Shown here in pieces: positions 10,269 through 17,592 of a DNA stretch of 32,000 nt. Source of the DNA: Microcystis aeruginosa NIES-2549 (GTDB lineage: Bacteria > Cyanobacteriota > Cyanobacteriia > Cyanobacteriales > Microcystaceae). How positions within the stretch are numbered: position 1 is the first letter of the stretch; each line of letters opens with the position of its first letter. Made by a program: the position numbers and the translations under genes. Where the stretch lies: NCBI RefSeq assembly GCF_000981785.2, contig NZ_CP011304.1, forward strand, positions 210,001-242,000. Reading direction: 5' to 3'. The notes under the pieces are model-generated. The model saw only the letters and a program-made list of their open reading frames with translations, did no database searches and was not told where the DNA came from.

Positions 10269-11969
10269 TTATGTCGGGTAAACCCCTTGATTAACCTCAA
10301 AATCCTCCGGTTCTTGGTGAGGATGGGTCTTGACAAAAGTTACCGCTTGTTGTAGGGCGATGGTTCTGTCCATTAGCACATGATCGGGGGGGATTTGGGC
10401 TAAAATGCCAAGACGTTCCAAACGATGCTGGATTTTGCTGGTGGCACCAACGATGAAGACTTGTAAACCTTTATCGATCGCATCTTTAATCGCATTTTCG
10501 ATCGCTAAAGAAGCTGTCACCCCTAACAAAGGCACATCACTCAAGTCCAAGATTAAAACATCCGCTTCCTTCATGGCTGTGTGTTCTCTGGCGATCGCTT
10601 TCGAGACTCCAAAGATCATCGGACCACTGAGATAAAATAGGATGATGCGACCGTTAGCTTGGTTGAGTAACCGTTTTTCTTCTGGACTTAGGAGAATCTC
10701 GTCATCGTTATCGGTGATCGTTTTCACTTCCTGCGCTTGCAGTTCACTGAGGCGATCGATGGTGAGAATATTAGCAATAAAGACCCCCACACCCACAGCA
10801 ACGATCAGATCGACGAATACTGTTAATAACAGTACACCGTACATGATTAGCGTCCCTTTCAGAGAAATCTTGTGAGAGCGTTTCAGGAAACTCCAGTCGA
10901 GAATATCGATCCCCACTTTTAGGGCAATCCCCGCTAATACCGCCATGGGGATACTCTTAGTTAAACCTGCGGCCCAGAGAACGACGACTAATAAAATTAA
11001 AGCGCGAGTAATGCCAGAAAGAGCAGTGGTCGCACCGGTTTGAATATTGACGACAGTTCCCATCGTGGCCCCGGCACCGGGTAAACCGCCACAGATTCCT
11101 GATACTAAGTTACCAATACCTTGACCGATCAATTCTTTATTCGATTTGTGTTCGGTACGGGTCAAACTATCGGCAATTACCGCCGTTAATAGGGTATCAA
11201 TACAACCCAACATCCCTAAAACTGCCCCATCCACCAACATTGTGATCATTTGGGCAGCACTAAAGGTGGGCATTTGCAAGGTGGGTAAACCCACGGGAAT
11301 ATCCCCAATCCGGCGAATTTCAACACCTTGGAAGAAAAACAGCGAAATCAGAGTTCCTATCACCAAAGCTAATAACTGAGGGGGGACAAAACGCTTGAAT
11401 TTCGAGGGCATCAGGAAGATGATCGCCAAGGTGATCGCCCCCAGAATGGCTTCAGGGGGATTGATATTAGAGAGTAGTTCTGGGATTTTCTGCACTGTGC
11501 CTAAAACCCCTCCTTTGGGAGCGGCTTGCCCTAAAAAGGGCGGAATTTGCAGAATAATCAGGATTACCCCGATCCCAGACATAAAGCCGGAAATAACGCT
11601 ATAGGGCATCAGGGTAATGTATTTACCCATTTTGAAGATACCGAACAGAATCTGGAAAATGCCCGCTAACATGACTACCGTAAAGGCCATGGGTAGGCCT
11701 AATTCGGGATTTCTGGCGGTTAAACTGGCCACGATCGCCGTCATTACTACCGTCATCGGCCCCGTCGGTTCCGAAATTAACGTGGGGGTGCCACCAAAAA
11801 GGGCAGCAAAAAAACCCACACAGACAGCACCGTACAAACCAGAGATCGCACCAGCCCCAGAAGCTACCCCGAAAGCGAGAGCTAGAGGGAGAGAAACGAT
11901 GGCAGCTGTTAGACCACCGAAGATATCACCCCGCAAATTGTCAAAATGAATACGATTGGTTATTTCCAT
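10269..11969 (-). CDS. bicA: SulP-family bicarbonate transporter BicA (with C-terminal STAS domain)
   Basis: The ATG at 11969 gives MEITNRIHFDNLRGDIFGGLTAAIVSLPLALAFGVASGAG, the canonical BicA/SulP N-terminus, and a product of 566 aa. The 24 upstream codons of ORF 10269..12041 lack an ATG and are taken as 5' UTR. Confidence 0.92.
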   Translation of the reverse strand: MEITNRIHFDNLRGDIFGGLTAAIVSLPLALAFGVASGAGAISGLYGAVCVGFFAALFGGTPTLISEPTGPMTVVMTAIVASLTARNPELGLPMAFTVVMLAGIFQILFGIFKMGKYITLMPYSVISGFMSGIGVILIILQIPPFLGQAAPKGGVLGTVQKIPELLSNINPPEAILGAITLAIIFLMPSKFKRFVPPQLLALVIGTLISLFFFQGVEIRRIGDIPVGLPTLQMPTFSAAQMITMLVDGAVLGMLGCIDTLLTAVIADSLTRTEHKSNKELIGQGIGNLVSGICGGLPGAGATMGTVVNIQTGATTALSGITRALILLVVVLWAAGLTKSIPMAVLAGIALKVGIDILDWSFLKRSHKISLKGTLIMYGVLLLTVFVDLIVAVGVGVFIANILTIDRLSELQAQEVKTITDNDDEILLSPEEKRLLNQANGRIILFYLSGPMIFGVSKAIAREHTAMKEADVLILDLSDVPLLGVTASLAIENAIKDAIDKGLQVFIVGATSKIQHRLERLGILAQIPPDHVLMDRTIALQQAVTFVKTHPHQEPEDFEVNQGVYPT

Positions 11970-12272
11970 GAGAATCCAACTGAGCAAAGGGTTTTTTGCC
12001 ACAACAAAGCCGGCGGTTGAGAGACCAGCCTTGATAGACAAAAGTTTATGGTTTTTAAAGATCGATTGTTATAAATCTATACTAGAACGGATATCTTGAC
12101 AAGCAAATTTTTATAAATTGAGTTTAAATCGATATATCTTTACAAAAGTATTGATTTAAACCTATGATATAAGCGGGGTGGGGAGGTTTTCACTCGTTCC
12201 CCTCCATTCCTGCTTCTGTTTAGCAAAGCTCCTCAAGGCAGTAACAGAAGTGTAGCTCTCTAGAGGCCTCTC
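11970..12272. promoter_or_regulatory. Divergent bicA-operon / ccmR2 control region
   Basis: ~300-bp AT-rich spacer between divergently transcribed bicA and the LysR gene. It contains ATCGAT-centred AT-rich half-site-like repeats (AAAGATCGATTGTTATAAATC, TTTAAATCGATATATCTTTA). No operator can be assigned from sequence alone. Confidence 0.45.
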
Positions 12273-13169
12273 TTGATTCACGCCACTTTACATCAACTGA
12301 TTGTCTTTGAAGCGACCGCTCGTCATGGCAGTTTCACCAGGGCTGCTGAAGAACTATCGATCACCCAACCCACCGTTTCCACCCAGATGAAACAACTGAC
12401 TAAAGCAGTGGGTTTACCCTTATTTGAACAGATAGGCAAACGTTTGTATTTAACCGAGGCCGGACGCAGTTTATTAGTAACCTGTCAGGCAGTCCTCAAG
12501 GATCTTGATAACTTTGAGATGGCGATCGCTGATATCAAGGGCATTAAACAGGGTAAACTGCGTTTAGCGGCGGTATCCACAGCCCAATATTTAATCCCTC
12601 AGATCCTAGGTCCTTTTTGTCAACAGTACCAAGGGGTGGATGTGTCCCTAGAATTGACCAATCACCAAGACCTAGAAGCAAGGATCATCAATAATGTTGA
12701 TGACCTATATATTTTAAGCGAACCTCCCGAAGATCTAAACCTGGAGATTCAACCGTTTCTGGAAAATCCCCTTGTGGTCATTGCACGCAAAGATCACCCC
12801 CTAGCGGGACAGAAAAAAATTCCGATTAAACGGCTGCAAGGGGAACCTTTTATTATGCGGGAAATGGGATCGGGAATTAGACGGGCAGTACAGCAAATTT
12901 TTCTCGACCACGGCATCACTTTATCTCTGCGTTTGGAAATCGGCAATAATGAAGCCATTAAACAAGCAGTCGCCGGTGGTTTAGGAATCTCGGTTCTGTC
13001 TCAGCACGTCTTAAATTTAGATCCTCCCAATGGGGAATTTACCATCCTTGACGTGGAAGACTTTCCCATCCAACGCCATTGGTATGTGGTTTATCCCAAG
13101 GATAAAAAACTATCCGTGATCGCCAAGACTTTTCTTGATTATCTCCTCTCAGGGGAATTAGGGGCATAA
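12273..13169 (+). CDS. ccmR2: LysR-type transcriptional regulator (CcmR2-like, CCM regulator)
   Basis: N-terminal LysR HTH (LHQLIVFEATARHGSFTRAAEELSITQPTVSTQMKQL) plus a substrate-binding domain. It is divergent from bicA. The start is apparently TTG at 12273, and there is no in-frame ATG near it. Confidence 0.82.
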   Translation: MIHATLHQLIVFEATARHGSFTRAAEELSITQPTVSTQMKQLTKAVGLPLFEQIGKRLYLTEAGRSLLVTCQAVLKDLDNFEMAIADIKGIKQGKLRLAAVSTAQYLIPQILGPFCQQYQGVDVSLELTNHQDLEARIINNVDDLYILSEPPEDLNLEIQPFLENPLVVIARKDHPLAGQKKIPIKRLQGEPFIMREMGSGIRRAVQQIFLDHGITLSLRLEIGNNEAIKQAVAGGLGISVLSQHVLNLDPPNGEFTILDVEDFPIQRHWYVVYPKDKKLSVIAKTFLDYLLSGELGA

Positions 13170-13170
13170 G

Positions 13171-13387
13171 TAGGGTCTGCTGAAAAAGTTTTTCGTGGGG
13201 GCAGGGTGTGGGGTGTGGGGTGTGGGGTGTAGGGTTTTACCCATTTTCAGAGGGTCAATTACCTAATTTTCAGGGAAAAAGTGCCTAAATTTCCCCCCCG
13301 ATCCCCCCAATGTCTGGCACTTTTTGATGGGAAAAAAGTCTAAAATTCTTATCCAACAAGGTTTTTAGATTTATTCAGCAGACTCTA
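13171..13387. mobile_element. MITE-like element bounded by 14-bp inverted repeats
   Basis: TAGGGTCTGCTGAA at 13171..13184 and TTCAGCAGACTCTA at 13374..13387 (13/14 complementary). It is non-coding and begins 2 nt after the ccmR2 stop. The same terminus occurs alone at 25274..25287 and 31187..31200. Confidence 0.6.
13203..13235 (+). repeat. G-rich heptamer array (GGGGTGT)n inside the MITE-like element
   Basis: AGGGTGT GGGGTGT GGGGTGT GGGGTGT AGGGT. There are five G-runs of 3-4 (three of them G4), so it is G-quadruplex-capable on the plus strand. Confidence 0.85.
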
Positions 13388-13545
13388 AGTACCCACAGAC
13401 CCCCGATCAAGTCGAATTCGGTAAGCGCAAGCGATCGATCTATCTCCGATCCGAAAAGGTGGAGAATGTTCGAGAACTCGATCGCCTGGGGAAATCGATC
13501 GGCAATATCCTCAAGGCGATCGATTCTCCCAAAACCCGCCAGGAT

Positions 13546-14163
13546 TTAATCCTCATAAATGCGGCACTCTAAGGCATCGGGATTGGCTTCGCAGTAGGAC
13601 TGAAGTGAGTTAGTCCCCTGTTTTTTAGCCCGTTGATGGGAGGCTTCGGCTTGGAGTTCCTCCACCACATCCCAGGCTGCGGCGCAATCGGGAGAGGTTT
13701 CACCCTTGGCCGCACAAATTGCCCGTGCGTCTTCCCGGGCTGCTTCAATTTCATCTTCAATGAACAACCGCTTGGGCTTTTCAACAAAATCGCTCTTGAA
13801 GAGAATATCACTCACAGAAATAATGCCCAGCAAAGTTTTGCCCTGAATCACTGGTGCGCGGCGAATGCGGGTTTGAGCAAATAACCGGGCCACATATTCC
13901 ACCCCCAGTTCGGGATTGACAACCACACAGGGCTTGGCCATAATTTCATAGACCCGCATAGTTTTAGGATCGTGGCCAAAGGCCGCCACTTTGTAAACGA
14001 TGTCAGTTTCGGTGACAATTCCATAGGGGTCCTGTTCATGGCGCGGTTCGACAATCAATCCCCGCAGTTGTTTTTCTTTCATCAATTTCACGGCATCGGC
14101 AACCGTTGCCGAACCACGAATGGTGACAACGTTTTGGGTCATAATTTCTTGAGCTTGCAGCAT
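13546..14163 (-). CDS. CBS-CP12 fusion protein
   Basis: An N-terminal CBS pair (IMTQNVVTIRGSATVADAVKLM.. / ..IMAKPCVVVNPELGVEYVARLF..) is fused to a CP12 module: CAAKGETSPDCAAAWDVVEELQAE (AWD_VEEL core) and C-terminal CEANPDALECRIYED. Confidence 0.9.
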   Translation of the reverse strand: MLQAQEIMTQNVVTIRGSATVADAVKLMKEKQLRGLIVEPRHEQDPYGIVTETDIVYKVAAFGHDPKTMRVYEIMAKPCVVVNPELGVEYVARLFAQTRIRRAPVIQGKTLLGIISVSDILFKSDFVEKPKRLFIEDEIEAAREDARAICAAKGETSPDCAAAWDVVEELQAEASHQRAKKQGTNSLQSYCEANPDALECRIYED

Positions 14164-14216
14164 AGGAGTTGGATGGTGTTGTTAAATTAAAGAACTGGTA
14201 TAAATGCAAAAGTTGA

Positions 14217-14543
14217 CTAGGGTTGGCCCGATAGCAATTTCCTAGACTCTTGTGGGCTGAGTGCCACTTTGAACACAGATGACAAGGGCCAATGAGCGAT
14301 CGCTGGTTGGGCTTGGGGCGGCACGGCCGCAGCTGTGTTCCTCTGAGTGCCTGGAGCATAGGCCTCCAGCACAGCGCCATTTTGCCAACACATGGCGATG
14401 AAATAATCACACACTGGGCATTCCGTCTGAGCAACTTGCCGGGCCGGACACTTATATCCTGCGGGCAGGCGATCGCTCAAGAGTCTTTGAGCTACGCTGC
14501 CACAGTTGGGACACCGGATTTCTATAAGCTTGTTCATCGCCAT
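14217..14543 (-). CDS. Zinc-ribbon hypothetical protein (CxxC ... CxxC)
   Basis: MNKLIEIRCPNCGS...TECPVCDYFIAMC lies between trxA and CBS-CP12 on the same strand. The C-terminal ~45 aa are low-complexity, so the true 3' end is uncertain. Overlapping ORFs on other frames were judged spurious. Confidence 0.55.
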   Translation of the reverse strand: MAMNKLIEIRCPNCGSVAQRLLSDRLPAGYKCPARQVAQTECPVCDYFIAMCWQNGAVLEAYAPGTQRNTAAAVPPQAQPAIAHWPLSSVFKVALSPQESRKLLSGQP

Positions 14544-14611
14544 ACCTCAAAATTGAATAGTGATGTGAGAAGGAAAGGGTCAACGTCGGACGTTTGCCCA
14601 GAGTGGAAGAC

Positions 14612-14935
14612 TTATAATTGTCGTTCTACCGCAGCCGTAAATTCTTCATAGGGTTTAACCCCAACTAATGTTTCTATCAATTTCCCCTGTTTAAATACCA
14701 TGACAGCCGGAATACTTTTAATTCCAAAGCGTTTGGCTACGGGTTTGTTACTGTCCAGGTCAAGTTTGAAGACTTTGGCGCGATCGCGATAGTCATCGGC
14801 CAATCGATCGATCAACGGTGCCACCAGTTTGCAAGGTCCACACCAGGTTGCTGTGCAATCTACCACCAACAGTGATTCACTCTTTAAGAGGGAATCGAAT
14901 TCAGTTTCATCTTGAATAAATGTAGCCGTACCCAT
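14612..14935 (-). CDS. trxA: Thioredoxin (m-type, WCGPC)
   Basis: 107 aa with active site TATWCGPCKLVAP and full thioredoxin-fold length. Confidence 0.93.
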   Translation of the reverse strand: MGTATFIQDETEFDSLLKSESLLVVDCTATWCGPCKLVAPLIDRLADDYRDRAKVFKLDLDSNKPVAKRFGIKSIPAVMVFKQGKLIETLVGVKPYEEFTAAVERQL

Positions 14936-15272
14936 GTTTATATCTCCAGATTGATTTTGTGTAACTTAGTACAAATTCTCTGATCGCTGCGTTTTACAAT
15001 AGAAATCCAGCCTTGACCCGCTCCTCATCTAAAAATGCCCAACCCTGGCCCCGAAACTTTCTCCCAAAAAGGGAAAGGGGTTGACGCTGAGGGCTATGAG
15101 TAAAGCAAAAAGGCATAAGTCAAGATCCACCTCCCGGGGGTATCGTCTATAGTTTGGTCGTCCCAGACATCGATGGTGACATCTAGTCCCTGCTCATGCA
15201 CGGGTTTTACTTTGTAAGTCGTCATCGGCTGCTCCCAATCAAAACAAATTTGCGACGTTAAGTTACGGTAAT

Positions 15273-15713
15273 ATGGTTTTGCAAGTTATTGCATTGACAT
15301 CCCCTATGACAGCGACCCCTTCAAACGATTTATCTGCCTGGGAGCGGCTAGAACAAGGTAGACAAGCAAAAGCAAGCAACGGTGGTTATGCGGGCTACGG
15401 CTCCCCTGCCTTTGGACAACGATCGATCGATGGGGAATTAGTGGATGATCCGGAAGAGTGCCGGGTCATTGAACTGATTCGCCGTCATCACAAATCGGGG
15501 AAATCCTTGCAGAAGATCGCCGATTGGCTTAATGAACAAGGCTACACCACCAAACGTGGTCAACCATGGCAGCGTATTTCCGTAAAGCGGGTGCTGGATC
15601 GACTTTATGGAAAGGTGTCCAGAATTTCCGGAGTAACCCTTCAGGCCGACCAGAACCCGGAAGTACTCACCCCAGCGTCTCGTGATGCCGCTCCTGAAAC
15701 CATTAGAGGCTGA
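15273..15713 (+). CDS. Recombinase-domain protein lacking the serine-recombinase catalytic domain (probable remnant)
   Basis: GGYAGYGSPAFGQRSIDGELVDDPEECRVIELIRRHHKSGKSLQKIADWLNEQGYTTKRGQPWQRISVKRVLDRLYGK matches the 'recombinase' DNA-binding domain pattern of large serine recombinases. No resolvase N-domain precedes it. Confidence 0.55.
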   Translation: MVLQVIALTSPMTATPSNDLSAWERLEQGRQAKASNGGYAGYGSPAFGQRSIDGELVDDPEECRVIELIRRHHKSGKSLQKIADWLNEQGYTTKRGQPWQRISVKRVLDRLYGKVSRISGVTLQADQNPEVLTPASRDAAPETIRG

Positions 15714-15951
15714 ATAACCCCTAAATAAAAAGTTTCAGGCTTTAACCTGTTACATCCCTCTATGATACACCGAAGTGGGTCTAAAATCTTTACGAGTTTA
15801 ATAAAAATTGTAACAAAACGTTACATCTTTTAGGAAAAAGTTAAATGACGCTACACTTTGAGATAGTTTTAGAACGGGTTTTGGCAACTCTGAGAGTCTG
15901 GGTTCTTTGCCCAGTGGCTGTTCTGTCTATCTTGGCCTTTGCGATTGCAGG

Positions 15952-17124
15952 ATGGCGCTGATGTCCTTTGATACACCTCTGAGTTGGGCCCCCGATCTGG
16001 AAAAGGCGATCAATCGCCAACCCTTGACGGTGCCGCCAACCACTTCTCTGGCAGATGCGATCGCCATGATCGGTCAGGCCCATAGCCGTCTGTGTTTACT
16101 CACCGATGACCTATACCCTCTAGCTGCTCCGGCCGGAGAAGCGCGTGTTAGCTGTCTGCTGGTGGTGCAAGGACAAGAGTTATTAGGAATTTTGACAGAA
16201 CGCGATGTGGTGCGACTCACCGCCCAAGGAATTAACCTGACCGAGACAACCGTTGCCGATGTGATGGTGCATCCCCTGATCACCTTACCCCAGCAATCTG
16301 CTCAAGACATTTTTGCTGCCCTGTTTTTGTTTCGTCGCTACCGCATTCGCCATTTGCCGATTGTGGATGACCAAGGACACTTAATCGGGGTGATTTCCCA
16401 TGAAAGTATTCGCCAGATATTGCGTCCGGCCAATCTGTTGCGGTTTCGTCGCGTATCGGATGTGATGACCAGTCAAGTGGTACAGGCCCCACTCACCGCC
16501 ACAGTCTTGCAATTGGCCCAGTTAATGGCGGAACATCGTGTCAGTTGTGTGGTGATCACCCAACGAGATTCAGAGGACAATGACTGCCCGGTGGGTATTG
16601 TGACAGAGCGAGATCTTGTTCAGTTTCAAGCAGTTCAAATTGATCTGCACAAAACTAGGGCCCAGACGGTGATGAGTACGCCCTTATTTCTCCTCAGCCC
16701 CGAGGATTCCCTGTGGACGGCCCATCAGGAAATGCAAAAACGGCGGGTGGGGCGTTTGGTGGTTTCTTGGAACTGGGGTCGGGGGTTGGGCATTGTTACA
16801 CAAACCAGTCTGTTAAGGGTTTTTGACCCGATGGAAATGTATGGGGTGATTGAAAATTTACAACAAACCATTCAACAGCTAGAGTCCGAGCGATCGCCCT
16901 CCCTTCCTTCCCCACCAGCGGACTTATTACCCCAACGGACCCGCACCCCATCAGAAAAAGAGAGCGCTGGCGATCGCGAATTATTACTGGCCTTGCTGGA
17001 TAATGCCTACAAAGACGTAAAGTATATGTTGGCTAACTTAGATATTGTCGTCGAGCAGCGGCGATCTTTGCTTCAATCTGTTCTAGATAAGCTTGAGTAC
17101 CTCGGCCGTGAAATTAGCTCTTAG
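15952..17124 (+). CDS. Four-CBS-domain (two Bateman modules) protein with C-terminal coiled-coil-like tail
   Basis: Repeated CBS patterns are present (..VADVMVHPLITLPQQ.., ..IRHLPIVDDQGHLIGVISHESI.., ..VSDVMTSQVVQAPL.., ..GRLVVSWNWGRGLGIVTQTSLL..). ATG at 15952 is preferred over the TTG at 15907. Confidence 0.85.
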   Translation: MALMSFDTPLSWAPDLEKAINRQPLTVPPTTSLADAIAMIGQAHSRLCLLTDDLYPLAAPAGEARVSCLLVVQGQELLGILTERDVVRLTAQGINLTETTVADVMVHPLITLPQQSAQDIFAALFLFRRYRIRHLPIVDDQGHLIGVISHESIRQILRPANLLRFRRVSDVMTSQVVQAPLTATVLQLAQLMAEHRVSCVVITQRDSEDNDCPVGIVTERDLVQFQAVQIDLHKTRAQTVMSTPLFLLSPEDSLWTAHQEMQKRRVGRLVVSWNWGRGLGIVTQTSLLRVFDPMEMYGVIENLQQTIQQLESERSPSLPSPPADLLPQRTRTPSEKESAGDRELLLALLDNAYKDVKYMLANLDIVVEQRRSLLQSVLDKLEYLGREISS

Positions 17125-17143
17125 TAAGCTGTTCGGATCTCTT

Positions 17144-17268
17144 AGGTTTGGTGGGTAAAATGTATTCTAAGATACATTCCTCCTAGCGAGGGAGTGGAAG
17201 GAACCACAAAGACACAAAGAACACAAAGATTGATCGATCATAGAGTAAGTTAAACTTATCACACAGAA
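17144..17268 (+). repeat. Dispersed ~127-bp repeat, copy B (partner at 1235..1361)
   Basis: See copy A. Copy B begins 20 nt after the stop of the CBS gene and contains a CACAAAGA x3 micro-repeat. Confidence 0.75.
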
Positions 17269-17380
17269 CCTAGAAGCTCCTTAGATTGAGTGATAAAACC
17301 GAAAGTAACGCCCAATTTTAGGAGAAAGTTTCCCATGAAAAATTCCAAATTAGTAGATTTACAAAAATGAGATGCACCCA

Positions 17381-17515
17381 ATCAAAGGCACAATCTATCT
17401 TATACTTTAATAAGTACCTAAGTAGGTAGGTGTTAAAAGTTTTCATATCCTCCCGCCTATCGGCGCCCCCTTATCAAGGGGGGATCAAGGGGGGATCAAA
17501 GGCACAATCTATCTT
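17381..17515 (+). repeat. 21-bp perfect direct repeat pair (114-bp spacing) bracketing a short repeat element
   Basis: ATCAAAGGCACAATCTATCTT occurs at 17381..17401 and 17495..17515. Tandem 11-mers ATCAAGGGGGG x2 lie at 17473..17494, immediately before the second copy. Confidence 0.8.
17419..17479 (+). repeat. Short dispersed element X, copy 1 (partner 26804..26849, opposite strand)
   Basis: TAAGTAGGTAGGTGTTAAAAGTTTTCA ... CCCCCTTATCAAGG versus the minus strand of 26804..26849, TAAGTAGGTAGGCGTTAAAAATTATCA GACA CCCCCCTTATCAAGG. Confidence 0.7.
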
Positions 17516-17592
17516 CAATTTAATAATTATAACCACCCACTTAATAGGATAGTTACACAACGTAAAAATTGGCTAATTCAGGAGTTATTATT

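Noticed and set aside
13569-14651. Alternative-frame ORFs overlapping CBS-CP12, the Zn-ribbon ORF and trxA (13569..13811, 13633..13884, 13848..14054, 13972..14190, 14036..14434, 14292..14651)
   Set aside because: The CBS-CP12 and thioredoxin frames carry unambiguous motifs, and the overlapping frames are compositional by-products. Only the CxxC/CxxC frame (14217..14543) was retained, at moderate confidence.
15094-15228. Small minus-strand ORF (about 43 aa, MTTYKVKPVHEQGLDVTIDVWDDQ...)
   Set aside because: It is too short, with no recognisable motif or RBS, and lies in a region that looks like mobile-element debris.
15809-15825. NtcA-like palindrome TGTAAC-N5-GTTACA upstream of the four-CBS gene
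   Set aside because: The GTA...TAC spacing is 9 nt rather than the canonical GTA-N8-TAC, and no matching -10 box is at the right distance. It is kept only as an unexplained inverted repeat.
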